64,000 bases of DNA, from the NCBI GenBank assembly GCA_039589315.1, contig JBDHHQ010000021.1, positions 32,001 through 96,000 of the forward strand. Direction: 5' to 3'. The translations under genes were made by a program, and so were the position numbers. The stretch is from Gemmatimonadota bacterium (GTDB taxonomy: Bacteria > Gemmatimonadota > Gemmatimonadetes > Longimicrobiales > Gaopeijiaceae). Position 1 is the stretch's first letter. Each line of letters opens with the position of its first letter. Shown here piece after piece: positions 45,896-55,817 of this stretch. Below the pieces are notes generated by a model. It saw nothing but the letters and a program-made list of their open reading frames with translations. It had not been told where the DNA came from and searched no databases.

Positions 45896-46615
45896 TTGGG
45901 AGGTGAAGGGAGAGCCGGGTCGCTGGCGGCGATTCAGCGACGGGTGGTCGCGTGCCGCCGTTGCCCGCGGCTCGTCAGCTGGCGGGAAGCCGTGGCTCGC
46001 CGGAAGCGGGCCGCCTTCGCCGAAGAGGCTTACTGGGGCCGTCCGGTCCCGGGCTTCGGTGACGTGGAAGCTCGCGTGTTGGTCGTGGGGTTGGCACCCG
46101 CGGCACACGGCGCGAATCGCACCGGGCGCATGTTCACGGGAGACCGTTCGGGCGACTGGCTCTACCGGGCGCTCCACCGGGCCGGGTTCGCGAACCAGCC
46201 CGAGTCGTGGGGGCGGGACGACGGCCTCGAGCTGCGGGGCGTCTTCGTGACGGCGGCCGTCCGCTGCGCGCCGCCCGACAACAAGCCGGCGACGTCGGAG
46301 CGGGACAACTGTCGTGCGTACCTGGCCGACGAGCTCGGGCTCCTCCTGCCGCAGGTGCGCGTGGTCGTGGCGTTGGGGGGATTCGCCTATGGGCAGGTCA
46401 TGCGTCTCCTGACGGAGCGGGGCCTGCCGGTACCGAAGCCCCGTCCCCGCTTCGGCCACCGGGCAGAGGTGATGCTCTCGCCGAGGCTGACGGTGCTGGC
46501 GTCCTACCACCCGAGTCAGCAGAACACCTTCACCGGTCGCCTGACCGAGGAAATGTTCGACGGGATCTGGCGGCGCGCCCGGGACCTGGCCGGCGCGGCC
46601 ACGGGGGCCGAATGA
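45896..46615 (+). CDS. udgB: uracil-DNA glycosylase family 5 (UdgB-like, [4Fe-4S])
   Basis: CRRCPRL, GLAPAAHGANRTGRMFTGD.SG, RCAPP.NKP and YHPSQQNT.TG motifs. Confidence 0.92.
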   Translation: MGGEGRAGSLAAIQRRVVACRRCPRLVSWREAVARRKRAAFAEEAYWGRPVPGFGDVEARVLVVGLAPAAHGANRTGRMFTGDRSGDWLYRALHRAGFANQPESWGRDDGLELRGVFVTAAVRCAPPDNKPATSERDNCRAYLADELGLLLPQVRVVVALGGFAYGQVMRLLTERGLPVPKPRPRFGHRAEVMLSPRLTVLASYHPSQQNTFTGRLTEEMFDGIWRRARDLAGAATGAE

Positions 46616-48912
46616 GCGCGTCGAGGCGGCTGCGGTTGGGTGTCGGCCTCGCCCTCGTGGTGGGAGGGGCTCTGGTGGTGACCCGTCGAGTGAGCGACCG
46701 CGCATCGGATGTCTTCCCACCCCCTTCGCCCGAGGCCGCGCCGGCCGTGGCCTTCTCCGAGTTCATGGGTGCGGAGGCGTGTGCCGAGTGCCACCAGGAC
46801 CAGTACCAGCGCTGGGCGACCTCCACCCACGGCAGAGCCGGCGGAGAGCCCTCGCCGGAGCTCGTCATCGCACCGTTCGACGGAACCCCCATCGGGCTCG
46901 CCGACGGCCGGGTGATCCCGCGGGTGACGCCGCAGGGCGACTACCAGTTCCTCGTTCAGCAGGCAGGACACGCGGACCAGGTCTTCCCTGTCGACGGCGT
47001 CATCGGCGGTGGCCACATGGTCGGAGGCGGCACACAGGGTTTCGTGACGCGGGTAGCAGACGGAACCGTCCGGTTTCTCCCCTTCGACTGGTCCCGCCAC
47101 GAAGCGCGTTGGTTCTGCAACACGGGCACGCGCGCCGAGAGGGGTTGGGTCCCCATCACACCCGACATGACGCTGGCGGACTGCGGAGATTGGCCGCCGC
47201 TGCGGGTTCTGGGCACCGTGGAGAGGTTCGCCGACTGTCAGGGTTGTCATGGCAGCCAGATCCTCACTGACCAACCCCCCGGCCAGGACTACCGTTCGCG
47301 CTACACATCCCTGGCAATCAACTGCGAGTCGTGTCACGGTCCCGGACGGCGCCACGTCGAGCTGGCGGAGTCGGGGCGGCTCGGACTCGGCGGGGACCTG
47401 GGGCTCGCGTCCCTGGGCACGGTGACCAAGGACGGGTCCCTGGACCTCTGCTTCCAGTGCCACGCCCTGAAGGACGTGGTCCGGGAGGGGCATCTCCCGG
47501 GTGCTTCTCTGGAGGAGCATTACGCCCTCAAATTCCCGATCCTGGGCGACGATCCTTTCTTCCCGGACTTCCGGGTCAAGACCTTCGCGTACCAGGGGAC
47601 CCATCTGAGCAGCCCCTGCTACCTGGATGGGTCCATGACGTGCGTGAGCTGCCACGAGCCACACTCACAGGCATATCAGGATGAGTTCGGAGACCCCCTG
47701 ATCGGCCGGTTCGACGACGGGCAGTGCACCTCCTGTCACGCCTCCAAGGCCGATCCCATCGAGGCGCACAGCTTCCACGCCCCTGACTCGGAGGGCAGTC
47801 GCTGCGTCGCCTGCCACATGCCCTACTTGCAGGAGCCCGAGGTGGGCCCCGGGGTCCCGTATGCGCGGTCCGACCACACGATCCCCGTGCCGCGTCCACG
47901 CTTCGACGCGTCGCTGGGGGTCGAGAGCGCGTGCATCCAGTGCCACGCCGATCGGAGCGCGGACGCGCTCCAGGCCCAGGCCGAGGCGTGGTGGGGCGAG
48001 CTCAAGCCGCACCGGTCCCTCGTGGATGCGTTGGTGTCAGCGTCGGTGGGCGGTGACCGCGAGGCAGCCGCACGGGACCTCCTGCGGCCCGACCTCGAGG
48101 ATCCGCTGGCCCAGTTCGCCGCTCTTTCGAGGTTCCTCCTGGACCATCTGGGCCCCGACGATCCGAACTTGGAGCCAGCGGTGGCCGAGCTCCTCTGGGG
48201 ACTGGAGGGCAGCCCCGACCTGGACGTTCGGGCTCTGGCTCTCGCTTCTCTCCACTGGGCCCGGGGACACGATCGCGACACGCGGCAGGCGCTCGTGGGG
48301 GCGCTGGCTGCTGCCGAGGCGGACGGGGACGCCCTGCGTCAGCGCTGGGTGCTGGGCCTCAGCTTCCTGGGCGACGAGGCCCGGGCCGCAGGAGACGTCG
48401 ATGGGGCGTTGCTGGCGTACCGGAAGGTCCTCGAGCTGGTACCCGAGGACGGCCGTGTGCTGGGGGCCATGGGCGCGGCGCTGAACCAGTCGGGCGACTA
48501 CGAAGGCGCGAGGGCCTACCTGCTACGGAGCGTCGCCGCCCGCCCCGATCACGCCCTGAGCTGGGTGAATCTGGGTATCGCCCAGGCCGGGCTCAGCGAC
48601 GTGGCTGCGGCGACCGAGAGCTACGCGACGGCGGCCAGGAGCAATCCCAACGAGCCGTTGGCCTTCTTCAACCTCGGCAACCTCTATCTCCGGCAGAACG
48701 CGCTTGCCGAGGCGGCCCTTTCCTACGAGCGCGCGGTGGAGTTGGATCCTGGCCTGGCCCGTGGCCACTACAACCTGGCGCGCGTCTACATCCAGCTGGG
48801 CCGGTACGCCGAGGCGCTCCCGAGGGCCAGACGGGCGCTGGAGCTCGAGCCTACGAACCAGGGAGCTGCCCAGATGTTGAGGGACCTGCAACGGGCCGTG
48901 GGCAGCCCGTAG
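46612..48912 (+). CDS. octaheme cytochrome c with C-terminal HEAT/TPR domain
   Basis: ATGA overlap; N-terminal TM; eight CxxCH motifs (CAECH, CQGCH, CESCH, CFQCH, CVSCH, CTSCH, CVACH, CIQCH); about 5 TPRs. Confidence 0.92.
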   Translation: MSASRRLRLGVGLALVVGGALVVTRRVSDRASDVFPPPSPEAAPAVAFSEFMGAEACAECHQDQYQRWATSTHGRAGGEPSPELVIAPFDGTPIGLADGRVIPRVTPQGDYQFLVQQAGHADQVFPVDGVIGGGHMVGGGTQGFVTRVADGTVRFLPFDWSRHEARWFCNTGTRAERGWVPITPDMTLADCGDWPPLRVLGTVERFADCQGCHGSQILTDQPPGQDYRSRYTSLAINCESCHGPGRRHVELAESGRLGLGGDLGLASLGTVTKDGSLDLCFQCHALKDVVREGHLPGASLEEHYALKFPILGDDPFFPDFRVKTFAYQGTHLSSPCYLDGSMTCVSCHEPHSQAYQDEFGDPLIGRFDDGQCTSCHASKADPIEAHSFHAPDSEGSRCVACHMPYLQEPEVGPGVPYARSDHTIPVPRPRFDASLGVESACIQCHADRSADALQAQAEAWWGELKPHRSLVDALVSASVGGDREAAARDLLRPDLEDPLAQFAALSRFLLDHLGPDDPNLEPAVAELLWGLEGSPDLDVRALALASLHWARGHDRDTRQALVGALAAAEADGDALRQRWVLGLSFLGDEARAAGDVDGALLAYRKVLELVPEDGRVLGAMGAALNQSGDYEGARAYLLRSVAARPDHALSWVNLGIAQAGLSDVAAATESYATAARSNPNEPLAFFNLGNLYLRQNALAEAALSYERAVELDPGLARGHYNLARVYIQLGRYAEALPRARRALELEPTNQGAAQMLRDLQRAVGSP

Positions 48913-49026
48913 GTGGAGAGGAAGACCTCAACGGTTGCACGCTGAGCCGGACGAGCGCGTTGCCCGGGCGACGATGGCCAAGCCAACGCGAGGGACCGAG
49001 GCAAACTGGACGCCAAGCGAACCGAC

Positions 49027-50271
49027 GTGACCCTGGGACTGGGTGCGAACTGGAGACAGTTCGCACTGCTTGTCCTCGTGAACGCCTTCGTCGGCGCCAT
49101 GGTGGGCGTGGAGCGATCGGTGCTGCCGACGCTGGCAGAGAGCGAGTTCGGCATCACCTCGGCCCGAGCCACCCTGACCTTTCTCATCGCATTCGGGTTG
49201 ACGAAGGCCGCCTCCAACTTCGTCGCCGGCGACCTGGCCGACCGCCTGGGCCGCAAGCGGATCCTGGTGGCGGGCTGGATCGCCGGCATTCCCGTGCCGC
49301 TGCTGCTCATCTACGCCAACGACTGGACCTGGGTCGGCGTCGCCAACCTGTTTCTCGGAGTGAATCAGGGCTTGGCGTGGTCCGCCACGGTGATCATGAA
49401 GATCGATGTCGTGGGGCCGCGTCGCCGGGGTCTGGCCATGGGGCTGAACGAGTTCGCTGGTTATGTTGCGGTCGCGGCGGCTGCCCTCGGAGCCGGGTAT
49501 CTGGCGGCCGCGCACGGGCCCCGGCCAGCCCCGTTCCTGATCGCGCTCGTCGCAGCGGTGGCCGGCCTCGTGCTCAGCGCGGCCTTCGTGGAGGACACAG
49601 GGGAGCACGTCGAGCTCGAACGGTCCATGGCCGATGCGGCCCTGGAGGGCGGACCGGGTGCATTCCCGCCGGAGACTCTGCGGCGCTTCAAGGTGGCCAG
49701 TTGGGGCCACCCGGCGCTCCTCGGTGCCAACCAGGCGGGACTGGTCAACAACCTGAACGACGGCGTCGCGTGGGGTCTGTTGCCCGTGTACCTGGCCCAA
49801 GCGGGCCTCGGCGGCACCGAGATCGGCTGGATCGCCGCCGTCTATCCGGCGGTCTGGGGCGTAGGCCAACTCGGTAGCGGGGCACTCTCCGATCGATGGG
49901 GTCGCCGGCCTCTGATCGTCTCGGGGATGCTCGTCCAGGGACTGGCCCTGGTGGGGTTCTCCCTGGCGGCCGGACTCGGAGGGTGGATCGCCGCCGCGGT
50001 GGTCCTGGGTCTCGGGACGGCCGCGGTGTATCCCACCCTGATCGCGCAGGTGAGCGACGTCGTGTCCCCCACGGACCGTGCCACCGCGGTGGGCGTGTAC
50101 CGCCTCTGGCGGGACCTCGGATACGTGGTAGGAGCGGTCGTGGCGGGGACGTTGGCCGACGCCTTGGGCTACGAGGTCGCCATCGCCTCGGTGGCGGCGC
50201 TCACGGCCCTCTCGGGGGTGGCCGCGCGGCTGCTGCTTCCTCCCGCCTCCTCCCCGGGTGGGCCGAGGTAG
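49027..50271 (+). CDS. MFS transporter
   Basis: 12 TMs; MFS motif A twice (GDLADRLGRK, GALSDRWGRR). Confidence 0.92.
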   Translation: MTLGLGANWRQFALLVLVNAFVGAMVGVERSVLPTLAESEFGITSARATLTFLIAFGLTKAASNFVAGDLADRLGRKRILVAGWIAGIPVPLLLIYANDWTWVGVANLFLGVNQGLAWSATVIMKIDVVGPRRRGLAMGLNEFAGYVAVAAAALGAGYLAAAHGPRPAPFLIALVAAVAGLVLSAAFVEDTGEHVELERSMADAALEGGPGAFPPETLRRFKVASWGHPALLGANQAGLVNNLNDGVAWGLLPVYLAQAGLGGTEIGWIAAVYPAVWGVGQLGSGALSDRWGRRPLIVSGMLVQGLALVGFSLAAGLGGWIAAAVVLGLGTAAVYPTLIAQVSDVVSPTDRATAVGVYRLWRDLGYVVGAVVAGTLADALGYEVAIASVAALTALSGVAARLLLPPASSPGGPR

Positions 50272-50359
50272 ACGGATGCGGGCATCCGGTATCGGTCGTG
50301 GGGGCTTCCGGCGCCGACCCGCTTTCGCGGGGGGAGGAAGGCGCCTCTCGTCCGCTGGG

Positions 50360-50614
50360 TCAGGAGTCGGCGGCCAGACGGGGCTCGTCGAGGAGGCCGT
50401 CCTCGATCAGGATCGCCTCGATCTCCTGCAGGGCGACGGCCCGCCTGGTGTTGGCGTCCGCGTACTCCAGAACCGCCTCGGTGATCCGGTCCTCCAGCTC
50501 GGCGACCGCCGCGTAGCCGTCATCGACGATGTCGTCTTCGGCCGACTGAGCGACGCCGTGGGCTTCAAGGACCTCGAAGACCTCGTCAGGCGTGACTTCG
50601 TAGGCGAAGCTCAA
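50360..50614 (-). CDS. small acidic hypothetical protein
   Basis: TTG start after purine-rich GGAAGAGAG; GC-rich third codon positions; lies between a convergent and a divergent gene. Confidence 0.6.
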   Translation of the reverse strand: MSFAYEVTPDEVFEVLEAHGVAQSAEDDIVDDGYAAVAELEDRITEAVLEYADANTRRAVALQEIEAILIEDGLLDEPRLAADS

Positions 50615-50710
50615 TCTCTCTTCCTTTCCCGTCCTGGAGCCGGGGGTTCATGCGGTCGGCGGGAACGGTAACGTCGGTGAAGACGGTTTTCCACCACGCG
50701 GGGGCACGGA

Positions 50711-50855
50711 ACGGGTATCCTCTCCTGGATCGTTCTCGGTCTGACCGTCGGACTCCTGGCCAAGGGCCTGATGCCGGGCAAGGATCCGGGCGGGCCCGTG
50801 GTCACGATTCTCATCGGCCTCGCCGGTGCTCTTCTCGGCGGGTGGCTCGGAAGTG
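50711..50855 (+). pseudogene. GlsB/YeaQ/YmgE (transglycosylase-associated) remnant
   Basis: ACG-GILSWIVLGLTVGLLAKGLMPGKDPGG.VVTILIGLAGALLGGWLGS; the start codon reads ACG and the third helix is missing. Confidence 0.75.
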
Positions 50856-50929
50856 TTGCGCCGGCGGTGCGTCTGCCCGAGCATTCCCTCCCCTTGGCCA
50901 AAGCCACGAACCGAGAACTGGAGCTTGAC

Positions 50930-52360
50930 ATGAAGGTCGGCAGGCGCACGGGCGCGATGGTGATCCTGGTCTGTGGGTGCTCGGTAGCTGCTGCTGTGCC
51001 CGACGTAATCCGGGCCCAGACCTACCCACCCGACGAGTACGTCGAGCTGTCCCGGGAGATCTTCCAGGAGCTCATCGACATCAACACGACCAATTCGGTG
51101 GGCGACAACACCGCGGCGGCGCAGGCCATGGCGGACCGGCTGCTCGGGGCCGGCTTCGACCCCGCCGATGTCCACGTCATCGAGGCCGCCCCGCGCAAGG
51201 GCAATCTGGTAGCCCGCCTGCGGGGCAGGGACTCCGGTCGGCGGCCCATCCTGCTCCTGGCTCACATCGACGTGGTGGAGGCCGATCCTGCCGACTGGAA
51301 TCTGGACCCGTTCACGTTCGTGGAGCAGGACGGCTTCTACTACGGCAGGGGCACCACCGACGACAAGGACGAGGCCGCGATTCACGTGGCCAATCTGATC
51401 CGCATGAAGCGTGAGGGCTTTGTCCCGGACCGGGACATCGTGATCGCGCTGACCGCGGACGAGGAGGGGGGGCCGGCCAACGGCGTGGCGTTTCTCCTGG
51501 CCAACCACCGGGAGCTGATCGATGCCGAGTATGCTCTGAACGAGGGTGGGGGCGGTGTCATCCAGAACGGCCGCCGGATCTCCAACACCGTCCAGGCGGC
51601 GGAGAAGGTCTACCAGAGCTTCCGCCTCGAGGTCTTGAACCCGGGTGGCCACAGCTCATTACCCCGCGAAGACAACGCGATCTACGAGCTTGTCCATGCA
51701 CTGACCCGGATCCAGGAGCACGGGTTCCCGGTCATGCTGAACGACGTCAGCCGGGCCTACTTCGCGGCCACGGCGAACCTCGTGGAGCCCCAAACGGCAG
51801 CCGCCATGCGCCGGGTTCTCGGCGATCCTCCCGATCCGGGTGCCGTGGAGATCCTCTCCCACATCCCGGCCTTCAACTCCCGCATGCGGACGACGTGCGT
51901 GGCGACGATGCTGGCGGGCGGGCATGCGGAGAACGCTCTGCCCCAGCGAGCCCAGGCCGTGGTCAATTGCCGCATCGTGCCGGGACACGACCCCATGGAC
52001 GTGAAGGCGACGCTCGAGCGGGTGGCTGACCAGCCCGGCTTGACCGTGACGCCCATGGACGATGCGACGCCCAGCCCGCCGTCGCCGCTGGCTCCGGAGA
52101 TCCTCCAAGCCGTGGAGCGGATCACGGAGGAGATGTGGCCCGGCGTCCCCGTGGTTCCAGCCATGAGCACCGGAGCCACCGATGGCCTCTACCTTCGGAA
52201 CGCGGGCATCCCCGTGTACGGTGTGTCCGGACTCTTCCGCGACATCGACGACAATCGGGCGCACGGGCAGGACGAGCGGATCGAGATCCGGTCGTTCTTC
52301 GAGGGGATGGAGTTTCTCTACCGCCTCACCGTGGAGCTCTCGTCGGCGGACGTGAGCTAG
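50930..52360 (+). CDS. M20/M25/M40 family metallopeptidase (secreted)
   Basis: LAHIDVV, GRG..DDK, ADEE, NEGG, GHSS, GATDG and AHGQDERI motifs. Confidence 0.93.
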   Translation: MKVGRRTGAMVILVCGCSVAAAVPDVIRAQTYPPDEYVELSREIFQELIDINTTNSVGDNTAAAQAMADRLLGAGFDPADVHVIEAAPRKGNLVARLRGRDSGRRPILLLAHIDVVEADPADWNLDPFTFVEQDGFYYGRGTTDDKDEAAIHVANLIRMKREGFVPDRDIVIALTADEEGGPANGVAFLLANHRELIDAEYALNEGGGGVIQNGRRISNTVQAAEKVYQSFRLEVLNPGGHSSLPREDNAIYELVHALTRIQEHGFPVMLNDVSRAYFAATANLVEPQTAAAMRRVLGDPPDPGAVEILSHIPAFNSRMRTTCVATMLAGGHAENALPQRAQAVVNCRIVPGHDPMDVKATLERVADQPGLTVTPMDDATPSPPSPLAPEILQAVERITEEMWPGVPVVPAMSTGATDGLYLRNAGIPVYGVSGLFRDIDDNRAHGQDERIEIRSFFEGMEFLYRLTVELSSADVS

Positions 52361-52394
52361 AGTGTGGCGCTGCAAAAGCAGCGCGCCACTCTAG
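52357..52394. repeat. CTAG-flanked palindrome (hairpin) between convergent genes
   Basis: CTAGAGTG-tg-GCGCTGC-aaaa-GCAGCGC-gc-CACTCTAG. Confidence 0.7.
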
Positions 52395-52523
52395 TGTGAT
52401 GACACCAGTGGAGCCCTAGCCCCAGGCAGTGGAGCGCGATCAACGGGCCGGAGCGGGGGCATCCGGCCCGGCTGCCCCCGCCCCGCCAAAGGGTCGAGTC
52501 GGTCGCGCCTGTCGTGCCCGTCC

Positions 52524-53486
52524 CTACTGCACCACGATCGTTCCCGTCATCCCGGCGCCCTGGTGGGGCTCGCAGAAGTAGGGGAGGGTGCCGGGGTTGA
52601 TCAGCAGCACCTCCAGCACCACGCCGGGAGCGTTCGTTTCGGTCCGGTCCCAGGCCGAGTGGTTCTGGGGCGTCACCGTGTGGAACATGTTGTCCTCGTT
52701 GATCCAGCGGATCGTGGTGCCACGAGCGACGACCTCGCTGCCGCCCCCGCTGGGTCCGACGAACCGGAGGCCACTGGTCAGCGAGATCTGAACGACCGGG
52801 CTCTGCTGGGCCAGCTCGACGTCGAAGTCCAGGTCCACCGTCCCTCCGCCCGTCACGGTCGCCGCTTTGGTGGACTCCTCTCCCGTCACGAGGCGGAACG
52901 CCGCCGGGAGCGTCACGGTCACCGAGTACTCGCCCGCCTCGAGGTCCTCGAATCGGTACTGTCCGTCGTCCTCTGTCGTGACCTCACCCGCGGGACCTGC
53001 CGGTCCCTCCAGGCTCACCACCACGCCCTGGACGCCTTCGCCCCCGAGGCGAATGTGCCCTTCCACCTCTCCCGTGACGGCCGGGAGCTGCCGGTCCAGA
53101 AGCATGGTCAAGTTGGAGGTCTGGCCCGAGGACACCGTCACGTTGACCGGGCTCGCCTGGCCCTGAGCCAGTTGGAAGCCCGTGGGTGGCGTGATCGCCA
53201 CCTGATAGGCACCGGGCTCAAGGTCCGCGAACGAGAAGGACCCGTCCGCGGCGCTGGTGGCCGAGCGGCTGGCGCCACCACTGAGCGCGATCGAGGCCCC
53301 TGGGACACCCTGGCCCGCGTCATCCTGCACGCTGCCGGCGATGGCGCCCGGGTCGGGCGCCGGCGGGTCCGGCGGCGTCACGCCGCCGTTGCCGCTGTCA
53401 CTGTCGCTGCAGGAGAAGAGCAGCGGTGAGGAAAGGGCCAGGAGCAGCGCCGTGCGCCTGGAAAGAGACGAACGTGGAACGGTCAT
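52524..53486 (-). CDS. lipoprotein with two carboxypeptidase-regulatory-like (prealbumin-fold) domains and a C-terminal type-1 copper (plastocyanin-like) domain
   Basis: Lipobox LLFSC; two DG.(F/Y).F.DL..G.Y.V repeats; HTVT and YFCEPHQGAGMTG.I.V. Confidence 0.88.
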   Translation of the reverse strand: MTVPRSSLSRRTALLLALSSPLLFSCSDSDSGNGGVTPPDPPAPDPGAIAGSVQDDAGQGVPGASIALSGGASRSATSAADGSFSFADLEPGAYQVAITPPTGFQLAQGQASPVNVTVSSGQTSNLTMLLDRQLPAVTGEVEGHIRLGGEGVQGVVVSLEGPAGPAGEVTTEDDGQYRFEDLEAGEYSVTVTLPAAFRLVTGEESTKAATVTGGGTVDLDFDVELAQQSPVVQISLTSGLRFVGPSGGGSEVVARGTTIRWINEDNMFHTVTPQNHSAWDRTETNAPGVVLEVLLINPGTLPYFCEPHQGAGMTGTIVVQ

Positions 53487-53782
53487 GAGCGGCCTCCAAC
53501 GAGGTGGGGAAGAGTGGGGTCATTCAAACTTAAATCACATGAGTCCGTACCGCGAGGATGCGTCGTAGAGGTCGCCCCCATCCGCCACGTACCTCACGAA
53601 TCGGTGGGGCGGTGCACCGGAGGCTGCTGGTCAGCGAGATCTGGTTACCGTGGGGCGTGGATGGCGCACGGCACCGTCACCGCCGCGTCGAGCCTGCCGG
53701 ACGCAGGGGGGTTGCGGCACCCGGGGGGATCGCCGGTAGGATGGACCGTCACTGCAGAGTCGTCCTCATAGCCTGCGAAGCC

Positions 53783-54016
53783 ATGGTCGCCCCACGCGGA
53801 TATCGGTCCCACTACCTGCCCCGCACCCGGCGTGGCTGGGTCGCGCTGGTGGCCTTTCTGGCCCTGTTCGCGCTCACCCAACCGCCGGTCGTCCACGGCC
53901 TGGTGAACCATACGGAACCCTGGATCTCGGGCCTGCCCTTCCTCTACGCGTGGCTCCTCGCGGTGTACACGGCGCTCATCGTAGTGCTGCTGTGGATGCT
54001 GCGGAGGGGGCTGTGA
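53783..54016 (+). CDS. small 2-TM accessory protein of a sodium:solute symporter (DUF3311-like)
   Basis: N..EP.I.GLPFLY.W motif directly upstream of the symporter gene. Confidence 0.75.
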   Translation: MVAPRGYRSHYLPRTRRGWVALVAFLALFALTQPPVVHGLVNHTEPWISGLPFLYAWLLAVYTALIVVLLWMLRRGL

Positions 54017-54140
54017 ACCGCCCCGTCCCCGTCCGGGGTCACAGGACCCTCGGCGTCGAGGTGGGACCGTCTCGCCGGACCCCGCCAGGAGCAAGCCGGC
54101 TCGCAGGCATGCGGCCACCCGGGCGCAGACACGACCGCTG

Positions 54141-55634
54141 ATGGAGCCCTGGATCGTCGCGACAGGGCTGATCTTCGCCTACCTGATCGTCACCATCGCC
54201 ATCGGGGTGGTGGCGAATCGACGCCTCGAGGTGGATCTGGAGGACTTTCTCCTGTACGGGAGAAAGGCGGGGCTGATCGTACTGTACCTCACGGTGGTGG
54301 CCACCTACCACTCGGCCTTCGCTTTCCTGGGATCGGGCGGGTTCTTCTACACACACGGAATCGGCTTCTGGGTGGCGGGCGCCTGGACGGTTCTGACCGG
54401 GGCCATCACCTACGTGCTGGGCACGCGCATCTGGGCGTTGGGCAAGAAGTTCGGCTATATCACCCCTGCGGACCTGGTGGCGGACTTCTACGAGAGCGAA
54501 GCGGTGCGCGTGGTCGTGGCCATGGTCTCGGTGCTCTTCACGATCCTCTACATCCAGGTCCAGGCCCAGGGCCTCGGCTACATCCTGTCGGTGGCGTCGG
54601 GCGACCGCATCTCGTTCGAAGTGGGAACGCTGATCCTGCTGATCGTCGCGGCCGGCTACCTCATGGCGGGGGGGCTCCGCGCCGTCTACTGGACCGACGT
54701 GATCCAGGGGATCTGGATGTACGCCGCCGTCTGGATCGGCGCCCTGTTCCTGGCGTATCAGCTGTTCGGCGGTCCCCTCGAGCTGTGGCGGGCGGTGGCG
54801 GCCGAGCGCCCCGATCTCCTGGCTCTGCCAGGTCCCAGGGGCTTCTTCACCCCGGGGATCTGGTTCGGGATGACGATCGCCCTGTCCTTCGGCATCATCT
54901 TCCAGCCTCACCTCATGATCCGGTTCTACACGGCCGACTCGGCGCGGACCGTGAAGATCCTGGGGGCCACCACCCCCATCTATCTGATGACGCTGTACAT
55001 CCCCGCCGCCCTCGTTGGACTCGGGGGGGCGCTCGTTCTCCCCGACCTGGCCGTGCCCGATCGCGTCTTCCCCGAGCTGCTCTTCCAGTTCGCCCCGGCG
55101 TGGCTCACGGGAATCATCCTGGCAGGGGCTACTGCTGCGGCAATGTCCACGCTGGACTCGATCCTCCACTCCAACATGACGGTGCTCACTCGCGACGTAT
55201 ATCAGCGCTACGTCCGCCCGGACGAGACCCAGGGGCACTACATCCTGGTGGGCCGCATCCTCGTGGTGGGACTGCTGGCCGTCGGGTACATGCTGTCCGT
55301 GACCACCTTCGACTTCCTGGTGACCCTGGTCACCATGTCCGGGGCGGGGGCGCTGCAGCTCATGCCGGCGGTGTTGGGCGTGTGTTTTCCCACCCGGCAC
55401 CCCCTGACGAAAGCCGGGGTGTTGGCGGGGATCGCAGTGGGCCTGGCCACCCTCTACCTGACCCTCGTCGCGTGGCCGCACCCGCTGGGACTCCACGCCG
55501 CGGTGTGGTCGGTGACGGCCAATGGCCTGGTGGCATGGGCCGTTTCCCGCGTGACCCCCGGGCCCTCGGAGGCCACGGTGCGGCGGATCCACGGCGAGAT
55601 CGAGCGCTTCGTGTACGGCGACGGGGCGGTCTGA
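54141..55634 (+). CDS. sodium:solute symporter (SSS) family
   Basis: SAFAFLG..G, YIT..D, GGLRAVYWTD.IQG, PH...RFY and AAAMSTLDS motifs. Confidence 0.93.
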   Translation: MEPWIVATGLIFAYLIVTIAIGVVANRRLEVDLEDFLLYGRKAGLIVLYLTVVATYHSAFAFLGSGGFFYTHGIGFWVAGAWTVLTGAITYVLGTRIWALGKKFGYITPADLVADFYESEAVRVVVAMVSVLFTILYIQVQAQGLGYILSVASGDRISFEVGTLILLIVAAGYLMAGGLRAVYWTDVIQGIWMYAAVWIGALFLAYQLFGGPLELWRAVAAERPDLLALPGPRGFFTPGIWFGMTIALSFGIIFQPHLMIRFYTADSARTVKILGATTPIYLMTLYIPAALVGLGGALVLPDLAVPDRVFPELLFQFAPAWLTGIILAGATAAAMSTLDSILHSNMTVLTRDVYQRYVRPDETQGHYILVGRILVVGLLAVGYMLSVTTFDFLVTLVTMSGAGALQLMPAVLGVCFPTRHPLTKAGVLAGIAVGLATLYLTLVAWPHPLGLHAAVWSVTANGLVAWAVSRVTPGPSEATVRRIHGEIERFVYGDGAV

Positions 55635-55672
55635 CCGGTCGGCTGGCTCAGCCCGCTCCGGAGCGAAGACCC

Positions 55673-55723
55673 TTGACCCATCCGTTCCAACCTTGCCACT
55701 ATTACGATCATCTACTCAGATGA
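55673..55723 (+). promoter_or_regulatory. putative sigma-70 promoter with palindromic operator upstream of padR
   Basis: TTGACC-N18-CACTAT with an extended TG; palindrome TCATCT-actc-AGATGA at 55708-55723. Confidence 0.55.
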
Positions 55724-55817
55724 CCGGTATAGCGATGGCCGTACGAGTGTCAGCGTGGGACACGAGTCCCCGACGCTCGAACGGGTGCTCTGACGACCAC
55801 GATCCGGGAGGGACTCC

